A program made the position numbers and the translations under genes. A DNA stretch of 64,000 bases from an uncultured Acidobacteriota bacterium (GTDB lineage: Bacteria > Acidobacteriota > JAQAZP01): assembly GCA_963836075.1 (NCBI GenBank), contig CAWIIB010000009.1, positions 1,792,001 to 1,856,000 on the forward strand, in the 5' to 3' direction. Below, in pieces: positions 29,580 through 39,738 of this stretch. The notes below the pieces were generated by a model. That model was given only the letters and a program-made list of their open reading frames with translations. It was not told the DNA's origin and made no database searches. The stretch's first letter is position 1, and each line of letters opens with the position of its first letter.

Positions 29580-30331
29580 GACGATTCGGCCCAGCCATCA
29601 CCCTGATCTGCCTGTTGGCCACTGCCTGTGAGCGCGTGCCGGAGCCCCCGCCCTCCCCGACCCGGGTCGATATCGGCATCCACGAAATCTCGTTCCTTGT
29701 TCCGCAGGGGTGGGAGCACCTGGACCACGGCCGGGAGCATCGATTTCACCGTGAGCTTTCGCAGATCTCCGCGGCCGACCTGGGGCCGGTGACTCGCGAA
29801 GGCTATCTGAGGGATCTGCGCCGCGCCTACCAGCTTTTCCGCGAGGATCGCATCGACGATGCGGATGCCCACGTCGGTGGTCTGGATTTGTCACCGGCAT
29901 TCCCCGAGGGGAAGCCGCGAAATGAGTTTCTCGAGTCGTGGCGGAAGGCCCTGGACGGGGGGCGCTCCACCAGCATTTCCTGGGGGGATGCCCAGATCGC
30001 CTGGGAGTACATCCTGGAAGAAGTCGAGTTCCTCCCCGACTCCGCCCCCGACCTGGCGACCCTCGTCAAGGACTTGTTTCCATCGATCGAGACCGCGGCA
30101 CACCGCGAGATCGGCGCGCAAAATCCGGTGGAACTGTCCGGTCGGCCGGCGATCCGGATCGAGACGTGGGACCGTTTGAGCCACGACCACCGCCAGTCCT
30201 ATATCTTCGTGCTCAACGAGGAGAACCTGTTCCTGCTCCGGATGGAAATGGGGCCATACGCCGAGATGAAACCGGCATTCGAGGCGCTTGCGGGCTCGTT
30301 GGCGTTTCACTCCGCGTCGTCCGCCTCGTAA
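29567..30331 (+). CDS. Hypothetical lipoprotein, probable distant paralog of the upstream gene
   Basis: Signal ending LATAC; shares xSFxxPxxW and a similar C-terminus (FExxxxSxxF) with 28773-29579. Confidence 0.65.
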   Translation: MRTLRRFGPAITLICLLATACERVPEPPPSPTRVDIGIHEISFLVPQGWEHLDHGREHRFHRELSQISAADLGPVTREGYLRDLRRAYQLFREDRIDDADAHVGGLDLSPAFPEGKPRNEFLESWRKALDGGRSTSISWGDAQIAWEYILEEVEFLPDSAPDLATLVKDLFPSIETAAHREIGAQNPVELSGRPAIRIETWDRLSHDHRQSYIFVLNEENLFLLRMEMGPYAEMKPAFEALAGSLAFHSASSAS

Positions 30332-31470
30332 CGAAGGAGCTTCTGCGACCCGTCGTCCGGGCCACGCCGCTGCTGCTCGCCCACGGCCCAGGCGTGCCGC
30401 TCGTCCAGGACGTGGATCGACAGCATCGCCTCGGACCCGACCCGCGCCTGCTCGCTCCACGTTTCCCCGGCGTCCGAGGTCCAGAGGACCACAGCCGTGC
30501 CGTTGTCGCGCTCGAAGCCCACGACCCAGCCGCGCATCCCGTCGAGGAAGTCGACGTCGGTCAGGGTGTCACGGACGCCGCTGTTCTGGTGCTCCCAGCC
30601 ATTGCCCCCGTCCGTGGTGTGCAGGATGGTGCCGTTGTCGCCCACCGCCCACCCCTCCAGGCGATCGACGAAGTCCACGCCCCGCAGGTGCGGATTCTCC
30701 GATCGCTGCTCCTGGAGAAGCTCCCAGCTCTCGCCGCCGTCGCTGCTGCGGCGAATCAACCCGTGCCTCCCCACCAGCCAGCCGCGGTCCGGGTCCACGT
30801 AGGACAGAGCCTGACCGTGAGTGGGGCTGGACTTCCTGGCCTCGGGATCAAGCACCAGCGGCCCCCTCCACGTTTCGCCACCGTCCACCGTCCGCACCAG
30901 GCCGCCGCTGCCGATGGCCCAGCCGTGTCTGTGGTCCACGAACTGCAGGTCCTGCAGGTGGGCCCAGACCCGGGTGTCTGACGGGACCCGGTGCCACTGA
31001 ATCCCGCCGTCTATGGTGCGGAGAATCTGGAAGCCGTCTCCGACGATGATGCCGGTCTGCTCGTCCAGGAACCAGATGGCGTTGAGGTGGAAGCTGGTGG
31101 CCCGCCTTGAGGGCCGGCTGAGCCCGCTGTCGAACCTCCACGTCCGACCGCCGTCGGTGGTGCCGCCGAGGATTCCGCCCTCGATGTTGATGCCTCCACC
31201 GACGATCCAGCCACGCTGCTCGTCCAGGAAGAACACGTCCCGGAACGTGGCTTGCGTGCCCAGTTCCTGCACCACCCAGCGCACGGAAGGCTCTTCTTCC
31301 TTATCCACGGCGCAGGCCGAGAGCAGGAGAGTGGAGATGATTGCGACGAGGAGAACTCTCAAAACGAATCCGGAATCTGTTCGCCATGATGCACCGTCCT
31401 CCACCAGCCACCCTCCCCGCAGGGGAGCGGAATATCCTTGTATCTCATTGTTTTCGGAATATTGGAGCAC
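30307..31470 (-). CDS. YCF48-like BNR/Asp-box beta-propeller lipoprotein (start uncertain)
   Basis: Repeats of DVxFxDxxxGWxVG...TxDGGxxW; LSAC lipobox. Confidence 0.85.
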   Translation of the reverse strand: MLQYSENNEIQGYSAPLRGGWLVEDGASWRTDSGFVLRVLLVAIISTLLLSACAVDKEEEPSVRWVVQELGTQATFRDVFFLDEQRGWIVGGGINIEGGILGGTTDGGRTWRFDSGLSRPSRRATSFHLNAIWFLDEQTGIIVGDGFQILRTIDGGIQWHRVPSDTRVWAHLQDLQFVDHRHGWAIGSGGLVRTVDGGETWRGPLVLDPEARKSSPTHGQALSYVDPDRGWLVGRHGLIRRSSDGGESWELLQEQRSENPHLRGVDFVDRLEGWAVGDNGTILHTTDGGNGWEHQNSGVRDTLTDVDFLDGMRGWVVGFERDNGTAVVLWTSDAGETWSEQARVGSEAMLSIHVLDERHAWAVGEQQRRGPDDGSQKLLRYEADDAE

Positions 31471-31557
31471 GGAATCAATGCACGAGCGTTGTGATTTTTC
31501 CGTTCATTCGATGTTCAATCGGGCAAAACCGAGGCCCGCCACACTTTCCGGAAAGCA

Positions 31558-33871
31558 CTAAATCGTCAAGCGGATGGAGCCGTAGGGGGACGGGGAGTGT
31601 GCCAGGTCCTGACCCAACTCCAGGTCGAACTCCGGCTCGCCCACGGTGACGATGCCCAGATGGCCGTCCACGGTGACCAGGTCGCCGTCTGCGAGGAGCT
31701 CCGCGGCCTGGCGCACGCCGTTGACGCAGGGGATGCCCAGCTCGCGGGCGATGATCGCGCCGTGGATCAGCATGCCGCCGCGCCGCTCGACGATGGCGCC
31801 GGCCAGCGGCACGAGGTGGGTCATCGTGGGCTGGATCGCGTCGCAGACCAGGACCTCGCCCCGCCGGAAAGCCCCAGGTCCTCCGCGTCCGCGGATGCAG
31901 CGCACCAGCCCGGTGGCCAGCCCCGGCGAGGCCGGCTGGCCGACCAGCTGCCGCGGCGTCTCGCCCGGGCGCGTGCGCTGACGGCCGGCGTCTCGCGGCC
32001 GGCATCTCGTCCTCGATGACCATCGGCTCTGCCGGCGGTCGCGCAGCGCCTCGGCGAGCTGAGCGGCGTGCTCGCCGGTGACCCGGCCGATCGCCGGTCA
32101 GCCTGCCCGAGCCGCGCGAGCCGCTCCGCAGCCTCGTCCAGCGCGCGCAGGAGCTGGCTCTCCAGCCGCCCCACAGGAGGTTGTCGTCGTCGCGCAGCCG
32201 CCAGCTGAGCCGGCCGGTCTCGATGACCTCCGGTCGCCTCGTCGCGGCGCTCCGGTCCGACCGCCTCGAGCAGGCGCTGCTCCAGCTCGGCACGGCTCGT
32301 GCCGGGCCGTCGGCTGCCGGCTCGCCGCGGTCGGCCGCCTCGCCAGTTCGACGATGTTCCGGAGCACGGCTCGGGCCGGTCGCGCAGCCGCTCCCGCGTA
32401 GGCGATGTCCAGGTAGCGCTCGTCGAGATCCTCGAAGCCGCCGACGAACTCGCCGCGCCTCGGCTGACCGGCCGGCCAGCTCGCCGGCGGCACGCCGTCC
32501 AGTTCGCGACCCGGCATGCGCGGCCAGCAGCGTCTTGCACTGCCCGGCGCAGGGCGCTCGTCCGCCGCCAGCTGCCGGGCCAGTCGTCGATGGCCGCGGT
32601 TGCGCCGGGCGGCCAGCAGCGGCTGGTCCCGGAGCAGGCCGACGAACTCGTAGGGATCCTCCGGCCGGACGGCGTCGTTGTAGTAGGTGGCCAGCCGGCG
32701 GACCCCGTGGGCGAAGGGGATGAACTCGTCCCAGTAGATCTTCTTCCAGCGCGCGAGCGGCCCGGCGCCGCCGTCGATGGCGTCGGCCAGCTGCCGGTCG
32801 TCGCAGCGCGGCCAGGTCCTCGGCGGCGAAACCCGGGCCTTCGCCGCCAGCTCGCGGGATGAGCTCTGCTCGGCCACGCGCTGCCGCAGGTCCCGCAGGC
32901 GCGCGTCGCCGGGCCGCAGGGTCAGGTACCAGTCGCGCTCGTCGTCCGTTCTGGGCCGACGGTGGTGATCGGGCGGGCCTGGAGCAGGGTGAGCGACCGC
33001 TCCGGCCGGTCCACTCCATGTCGGGCGGCCAGCCGAACAGCGCCTCCACGCGACAGCAGGGCGTCGAGGACGCGTCGAGGTCGCCGGGCTGCCAGCAGCG
33101 GTTCGCCGTCCGGTGCCGTCCTCGCGCGCTCCCGGCAGCCAGTTGATGACGGTCTCGCGTGTCGCGGTCGATCTCCCAGCGGTCGGGGTCCACCGCGCCG
33201 TCCACCAGCTGGCTGCAGGGCCCGGGCACGGCCTCGATGATCGCCCGGTCCTGCCGGCGTCCCGCGGGTCGCGGCCGAAGGCGACCCCGGAACGGTCGCG
33301 GTCCACCATCTCCTGGACCAGGACGGCCATGCGGCTGTGCGCCGGGTCGAGCCCCAGTTCCTTGCGGTAGAGCAGGGCGGCGTCGGACCAGAGCGAGGCC
33401 CAGACCAGGCGCACCGCGTCCAGCACCGCCTGCTGGCCGCGGACGCCGATGATGGATTCGTGCAGCCCGGCGAAGACTGCGCCGGCCGAGTCCTCGCCCA
33501 GGCGCCGAGGAGCGGACGGCCAGCGCGGCGCCGTCATCGAAGCGGGTCATCCGCGTCGGCGATGATCTCGCGCAGGTGGCCGGGCAGGGCGTGGCGAGAG
33601 AAGAGGGAGCGGATGCGCAGCGCCGCGTCCCAGATCTCCTCCCAGCGCATCTCCTCGAGCGGCTTGCGCCCGAGCTCCATCCGGATGGCTGTGGTGACTT
33701 CGCCTCGTCGAGAAACGCTCGTAGGCCGCCGTGGTGAGGCAGAACCCGGCGGGCACGGTGAACCCCGCCCCGGCCAGCCGGGCCAGCTTGGCCGCCTTGC
33801 CGCCGATGATCCGTTCGTCGCCGTGCTGCGGTGCGGTCCAGCGGGATCAGGAGCGGGGGTCGGGAACCCAC
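31558..33871 (-). pseudogene. PEP/pyruvate-binding + PEP-utilizer (His swivel) domain gene, heavily frameshifted
   Basis: Fragments IGGKA, PAGFCLTT, AVRSSA, FAGLHES, MAVLVQEM and GGMLIHGAIIARELGIP are scattered over three frames. Confidence 0.7.
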
Positions 33872-34362
33872 TGGCTGACCTCCTGGAACCGCATCACGTG
33901 CAGGAAACGCACGGCATCCACCCGGAAGAGGGCCGAGGTGTCGGCGTGGACGAAGGACCGCAGGTAGGGGTGACGGGCGAGGAGCAGCTCGGCCCAGCGG
34001 TGGAACTCCTCGCCGCCCTCCACGTGGGTCGCCTGCCCGGTGACGGTGACCGCCTCGGTCTTCATCAACTCGCCCACCCGGTCGGGCCGGTTGTCGATGA
34101 GCAGGGCCACCCGGCCGCTCCTGGTGAGCATGCTGAACTTGCGAGTGGCCTTCGGCGTGGCGAACACGGCGTGGCGCAGGTCCGGGGTGAAGGCGAACGC
34201 CACCAGCGCGCCGTACGGCTGCCCCTCCCCCTGGACGCAGAGCACGGCGTAGGGCTGGCTGTCCACCAGGCGCTGGATCCGCTCGCGCACCGTTGCCCGG
34301 GAAGGGGTGCTGTCGTCCCCGGACGTTCCATCATCGATTACCGGCTCGTCAATAGTGCTCAT
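33847..34362 (-). CDS. Pyridoxamine 5'-phosphate oxidase-like FMN-binding protein
   Basis: AVLC...QPYGALVAFA...FATPKATRKF...VALLIDNR pattern. Confidence 0.8.
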   Translation of the reverse strand: MSTIDEPVIDDGTSGDDSTPSRATVRERIQRLVDSQPYAVLCVQGEGQPYGALVAFAFTPDLRHAVFATPKATRKFSMLTRSGRVALLIDNRPDRVGELMKTEAVTVTGQATHVEGGEEFHRWAELLLARHPYLRSFVHADTSALFRVDAVRFLHVMRFQEVSQWVPDPRS

Positions 34363-34485
34363 CGCGTCAAGTCTCCGTGCGGCCCGTTTTCGCTCGTCAG
34401 TGATGATAGTGGTTTCGGCTGCCAAAATCAGGGTATCATATTCAGTCCGAGTCCGCGCAGCAGCGCCCCATCCGGGAGGCATTCC

Positions 34486-34923
34486 ATGGCCGATCTCATT
34501 CTGCTGGCCCAGGCGGCGGCGACCCTGTTCATGGCGGGCCTGATCTGGTTCGTCCAGGTCGTCCACTACCCGCTCTTCGTCCAGGTGGGGCGCGAGCGTT
34601 TCCCGCGCTACGAGACCTCGCACCAGGTGCGCACAACCGTGATCGTCGTGCCGATGATGCTGGCCGAGGCGTTCACCGCCCTGGCCCTGATCTTCTGGCG
34701 CCCGGCGGGGGTCCCCTTGGCCGCCGCGGTGACCGGTTTCGTGATGCTGGCCCTGATCTGGGGCTGCACCCACCTCTGGCAGGTGCCGATCCACACCCGG
34801 CTTTCCAAGGCGTTCGACGTTGCCGCCTACCGCCGCCTGCTGGCCTCCAACTGGGTGCGCACCATCGGTTGGACCCTTCGCGGGTTGCTGGTCTGCTGGA
34901 TGATGCACTCGGCCTGGATCTGA
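34486..34923 (+). CDS. Conserved membrane protein (about 4 TM helices)
   Basis: GLIWFVQVVHYPLF and NWVRTIGW; GGAGG RBS. Confidence 0.75.
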   Translation: MADLILLAQAAATLFMAGLIWFVQVVHYPLFVQVGRERFPRYETSHQVRTTVIVVPMMLAEAFTALALIFWRPAGVPLAAAVTGFVMLALIWGCTHLWQVPIHTRLSKAFDVAAYRRLLASNWVRTIGWTLRGLLVCWMMHSAWI

Positions 34924-34939
34924 CCTGTCCGGGTCCCGA

Positions 34940-35311
34940 TTATGCCTGCTGGAAGAGAATGACGATCAGGCACATCACCAGCACGGTGGCCGCGGGGACC
35001 GATTTCTGCGGCGAGTCCTTTGCTTTGATGTGCATCAGGATGGCTCCGAGCATCAGGACCGCCAGGCCGGCCGCCGCCGGTTTGACCACGACCGAAATCC
35101 ACACCCCGATGATCAGAAGGGCGGCGCAGAGGACCTTGAGAAACCCGATGACACCCACCGACCAGGGGGGCATGCCGTAGACGGCGAACTCCTCTTTCAT
35201 GCTTTTCGCGGCGCCGCCGCGCCAGGCGGTTGGTTTCCCGAAGCGCAGCAGCCAGACATTGAGAATAATCAGAGCGATTACCAGTTGGAGAAGAGTCGTG
35301 AACACCTGCAT
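34940..35311 (-). CDS. DoxX-like membrane protein
   Basis: NVWLLRF...RGGAAKSMKEEFAVYG...MLGAILMHIKAKD; GGAG RBS. Confidence 0.8.
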   Translation of the reverse strand: MQVFTTLLQLVIALIILNVWLLRFGKPTAWRGGAAKSMKEEFAVYGMPPWSVGVIGFLKVLCAALLIIGVWISVVVKPAAAGLAVLMLGAILMHIKAKDSPQKSVPAATVLVMCLIVILFQQA

Positions 35312-35651
35312 GGCGGTCTCCCTCCCGTTAACGGCGGACATTGAACAGCGCGATCCGGTCACTTTGCCTGTTTACTCTATACCGATAAACTGGTCTGCGA
35401 GAGAAAAAAATGTCGTCCCGGTTTCGGACCGGGGTGATACGCACGGCGGCTTGCCTTCGAGGCCTTAACCACTTCCGCTACGACCACCGGGGACGGACCG
35501 GCCACTCCGGTGGCGGGCCGCTCGGGGCGGGGTGGGTCGCGATGAGAGCTTCATCGGGGGAATATGCTGATGGCGTCAGGCCACCGCAGGTGGCCTCGAG
35601 CGGTGGGCGAAAGCAGAAGCGATAGAGGAAAATGATCCGGACGGCTTTCCC

Positions 35652-35706
35652 TTGACTTTGGCCCTGCCGCGTTATAAATTCAACTGTATTCGAACGGACG
35701 TTCGAA
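35652..35706 (+). promoter_or_regulatory. Promoter TTGACT-17bp-TAAATT followed by palindrome TTCGAACG-GA-CGTTCGAA (35689-35706)
   Basis: Perfect 8-bp arms just downstream of the -10 box, ahead of the TetR gene. Confidence 0.75.
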
Positions 35707-35776
35707 CGAATTGAGACTATTTCATCATAAATTATTGATTAATTGACAGATATCCTTGTCCGCCAGAGGCGCAACT

Positions 35777-36551
35777 ATGGGAAACGGAGTGGGAGCATCG
35801 ATCGGCAAGCCTGGCGTGAAACCGGGTGCGAAGCCGGGCAGGAAGCCGGATTCAGGGCCTGGCGTGAAACCGGGCGTCGAATCGGGGGAAAAGCCGGGCA
35901 CGGGTTCCGGGAAAAAACCGGGCGGAAGCGCTGCTGGCGGCAGTGCCGGCCGGCGGGCGCGCACGGCCCGCTACGATGAGAAACTGAACGCCGTGCTTTC
36001 CGCCTCATCCGCACTCTTTGCCAGCAAGGGCTACGAGCGGGCATCGATCCGGGATGTTTCCAAGGCCACGGGGATGAGTCTGGCCGGTCTCTACTACTAC
36101 TTCAGCAGCAAGGAAGAACTGCTCTTCCTGATCCAGTTCCGGGCATTCGAGTCGATCATGCGAAAAGCTGAGAGAGATCATCAAGAGCGAGACCGATCCG
36201 CAAACCTGTCTGCACCGCATGATCAAGATGCACTTCGAATACTTCATCCGCCACATGAACGATCTGAAAATCTGCTCCCGGGAGATCGACTCGCTGGAAG
36301 GGGAGTTCTACCAGGAGGTCGCGGAGAAGCGGAAAGAGTATTTCGACCTGACCCAGTCGATTTTCGAGCGGATGAACGACCTGTCCGGCGGTTCGTCGGC
36401 GGACAGCAGGCTTGCCGCGCTCTACCTCTTCGGCACCCTGAACTGGATCTACCAGTGGTACAGACCGGGGCGCTACCCGGATGCCGGGGAGATGGCCAGC
36501 CAGCTGTCGGGCATCTATCTGCAGGGTTTCCCGCGGATGGCATCGATGTAG
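35777..36551 (+). CDS. TetR-family regulator with KPG-repeat N-terminal extension; +1 frameshift near 36165
   Basis: LFASKGYERASIRDVSKATGMSLAGLYYYFSSKEELL helix-turn-helix; C-terminal FGTLNWIYQWYRP (KstR2/PaaR-like) in the next frame. Confidence 0.9.
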
Positions 36552-36552
36552 G

Positions 36553-37701
36553 ATGATGAGAAGAGAGACACCGCGAGTCAAGCAGCTGCGACGGATGTAT
36601 TCCATCGAGGACGGAAGACTGCGGGGGGATGCCGGCTGGGAGAAACTCGCGTTCTTCTGGTTCCACCTCTTCCTGTCCTACCAGTGCACCAGAAGGTGCG
36701 ACTACTGCTATTCCTTCAACCAGGTGGGCAGCGACAACAAAACCGAAATGGACGAGAACACATTTTCCAGACTGCTGGACTGGATACCGGAAGTCTGGGA
36801 AGCCAACAACGTCAAGGTCAACGCCATCGGCTTCCTCGGCGGCGAGCCGCTTCTGCGCACCGACCGGATCAAGCGCGTGATGGATGCGGTCTACGAGAAC
36901 ACCGACGGCATGCAGGGCTTTGTCTATACCAACGGCGACACCATCGACGACGTGAACTGGGATGATCTGGAGGACATCCAGTGGATATCCACGAACATCA
37001 CCGACATCAGTTTTGATGAGCTGGCCAGAAGAATGAAGGTCGTCAGTGACCGCTCGAACGTCATCGGCCAGACCGTGGTGGCCACCCTGGATGATGAAAA
37101 CCTCGAGCGGGCCCTCGAGATCACCAGGTTCGGCGTCGACCATGGCTACCGGCTGAGGTTTTACCGCAATCTGTACCGCGGGCTGGATGCGGAGTACCGG
37201 GTCAGGTTGCTCAAGACCTATCACGACATCTGTGATCTGCTGGAACACGCGGTAGCCAGGGGATACGACGTTCACACCACCTTCATGATCGATACGCTGA
37301 TCCCCCTCTGGGGCCATGAGACGTCGCCGTACCAGTGCGGGCAGCGGGTGGCCACCGTATTCCCGGACGGGTCGATCGGGCCGTGCATCAGGAACCACTC
37401 CTTGAAGACCGGGACGATCTTCGACGCGGACCCGATGAGCAAACTGCAGTGCGGTTCCTATCACTACGGGTTCAACGAGACGGGCACTCCCGATGAGTGC
37501 CTGGCCTGCGAATCGAAAACCTCCTGCCAGGGGGGGTGCCCGAACGACAAACTGGTCCTCACCGGCTGCGAATCCGGCACGTCGGTGATGTGCGAGATCC
37601 ACCGGGAGATCATTCCGAGGTTGAGACATCTGGAAGAACTGAAAAGGGAACACCGGGACAGGGAAAGCAAGAGTAACCTGGAAGTAGGTTCATTGCGTTA
37701 G
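36553..37701 (+). CDS. Radical SAM protein with SPASM-like domain
   Basis: CTRRCDYC, FLGGEPLL and C...PDGSIGPC...CLACESKTSCQGGC...C. Confidence 0.9.
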   Translation: MMRRETPRVKQLRRMYSIEDGRLRGDAGWEKLAFFWFHLFLSYQCTRRCDYCYSFNQVGSDNKTEMDENTFSRLLDWIPEVWEANNVKVNAIGFLGGEPLLRTDRIKRVMDAVYENTDGMQGFVYTNGDTIDDVNWDDLEDIQWISTNITDISFDELARRMKVVSDRSNVIGQTVVATLDDENLERALEITRFGVDHGYRLRFYRNLYRGLDAEYRVRLLKTYHDICDLLEHAVARGYDVHTTFMIDTLIPLWGHETSPYQCGQRVATVFPDGSIGPCIRNHSLKTGTIFDADPMSKLQCGSYHYGFNETGTPDECLACESKTSCQGGCPNDKLVLTGCESGTSVMCEIHREIIPRLRHLEELKREHRDRESKSNLEVGSLR

Positions 37702-37734
37702 CTGAATGAATTCGTCTGGATAGCGGGGTTGAAC

Positions 37735-39738
37735 ATGAGATACGCGGAAATGGGCTACCACCTGGAGATTGATCTGGCCACGGGCAACATCGAGAAGGTG
37801 GAGACCGACCCGAAGTTGACCGAGCTTCACCTGGGGGGGCTGGGGACCAGCGTCAAGCAGCACTGGGACCGGGTGCCCCCCGAGGTCCAGCCGTTCGATG
37901 ACGAGAACCTGCTGATCTTCAGCACCGGCCTGTTCAACGGCACGCCGGCGTTCAGCGCCAACCGCACCGTGGTTACTTTTGTCTCTCCCCAGTCGGAGCT
38001 GCTGGCCTACCCGATGATGGGCGGGTTCTGGTCGGCCGAACTGAAGCATGCCGGCTACGACAAGGTGATCTTCAGCAACAAGGCCTCGGACTGGGTCTAC
38101 ATCTGGATCAAGGACGGCAAGGTGGAGATCCGCGACGCCCGTCACCTTAAAGGCCGGGGCGCGCTGGAGACCCAGGACCTGATCCGTGAAGAGCTGAACG
38201 AGCCGGCGGCCCAGGTGGCGGCCATCGGCCTGGCCGGCGAGAACCGCTGTTTCACCGCCTCCATCGAGCAGTCGAGGTCCAGCGCCAGCCGGCTGGGCGG
38301 CGGCGCGATCATGGGCGACAAGAAGATCAAGGCCGTGGCGGTGCGCGGCACCGGGGACGTCCACCTCGCCGATGGCGCCAAATTCATGGAGCTGATGAAG
38401 GACGTCACCGAGTACATCAATTTCCGTAACACGCACCCCATCCCCGACGTGATGACCATCCTCTCCGGCATCGGGTCGCCCCAGGAGATGCTCCACACCG
38501 ACGAGAAGTGGCACAGCGAGAGTTTCTCCTGGGGTAACGCCCGCGCGCGCAGAAAAAACTTCTGGACCGACGACATCGAGAAAAGCTGGGCCGGCTCGCA
38601 AACCGACGCCATCAAGCGGCTGATCAGCTGCTACAACTGCCCGCAGAGCTGCGGGGCCTTGATCGATGTGGAGAATCTCCCCCGATACATGATGAAGTGC
38701 TTCTCCAAGCTGACCTACAGCATGGCGGCCTATGTCGACAACCTCGATTTCGGTTTCAAGATCGTCCAGCGCGCCCAGGAATACGGCGTTGACGGTTTCT
38801 CCACCCCGCAGATCCTGGCCTTTGCCGTCGAGCTCAAGGAAAACGGCATCTTCACGGACAAGGATTTCGAAGGCTGCCCGCCGGACGAGGACAAGGAGGG
38901 CCGGTTCTTCTGGCTGCTCGACCGTCTGGCCAACCGCGAGGGGATCGGCGACATCCTTGCCGACGGCACCTACTGGGCGGCCAAGCGCATCGGCAAAGGC
39001 GCCGAAGAATTCGCGCACAACAACATCAAGAAGCACGAGCAGCTGCCGATCAAACTTGGCATGCTCGACCCGCTTTACTACCTGATGTATTCCACCAACG
39101 AGAAGATCAGCATCACCCAGATCGAAGGCAACTGGCCCCAGGCGCCGTTCCCCACACGGGAACAGCGCGAGCGGTTCGTTAAGGACTGGCCCCAGTTGCC
39201 CGACGAAAAGTTCAAACAGTATTTTGTCGACTGGGAACTGCGCGGTGACAACTCGATTCCCCATTTCCCCACACCGCCCATGTGCAGTGAGATCGTCGAC
39301 TGGATGGAGATGCTGCACAACATCGACGATGCCCTGGGGCTCTGTGCCGGCATGGCGTCGTTCTGCCTCAAGCCGCCCTACCACATCAACAACTACCACC
39401 TGCTGGTCTCGGCGGCCTCCGGCATGGACGTGGACCAGGACGAGCTGAAACGGAAGGTCAACCGCAGCCGCAACTTGCACCGGGCGTTCAACAACCGGCG
39501 GGGCATGAACCGCAAGGACGAGAAGCCGCCCGAGGACCACTGGCGGCACCGCTTCCCCGAGCTGGAGGAGGAGCTGCTCACCACTTATTACACGTACAAG
39601 GGCTGGAACTACGACGGCATCCCCACGAGGGAGAGGCTGCATGAACTGGACCTGGATTACGTTGCCGACGATCTTGAACAGAGAGGGATACTGAAAGATG
39701 GCCAAGGTCAAGAAGATAATCAAGCGAATCAAGGTTGA
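37735..39738 (+). CDS. bamB: Class II benzoyl-CoA reductase tungsten catalytic subunit (AOR family)
   Basis: MRYAEMGYHLEIDL...LGGLGT...WDRVPPEV, EMLHTDEKWH, CYNCPQSC and MMKCFSKLTY match the BamB signature as recalled from the Geobacter protein. Confidence 0.92.
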   Translation: MRYAEMGYHLEIDLATGNIEKVETDPKLTELHLGGLGTSVKQHWDRVPPEVQPFDDENLLIFSTGLFNGTPAFSANRTVVTFVSPQSELLAYPMMGGFWSAELKHAGYDKVIFSNKASDWVYIWIKDGKVEIRDARHLKGRGALETQDLIREELNEPAAQVAAIGLAGENRCFTASIEQSRSSASRLGGGAIMGDKKIKAVAVRGTGDVHLADGAKFMELMKDVTEYINFRNTHPIPDVMTILSGIGSPQEMLHTDEKWHSESFSWGNARARRKNFWTDDIEKSWAGSQTDAIKRLISCYNCPQSCGALIDVENLPRYMMKCFSKLTYSMAAYVDNLDFGFKIVQRAQEYGVDGFSTPQILAFAVELKENGIFTDKDFEGCPPDEDKEGRFFWLLDRLANREGIGDILADGTYWAAKRIGKGAEEFAHNNIKKHEQLPIKLGMLDPLYYLMYSTNEKISITQIEGNWPQAPFPTREQRERFVKDWPQLPDEKFKQYFVDWELRGDNSIPHFPTPPMCSEIVDWMEMLHNIDDALGLCAGMASFCLKPPYHINNYHLLVSAASGMDVDQDELKRKVNRSRNLHRAFNNRRGMNRKDEKPPEDHWRHRFPELEEELLTTYYTYKGWNYDGIPTRERLHELDLDYVADDLEQRGILKDGQGQEDNQANQG

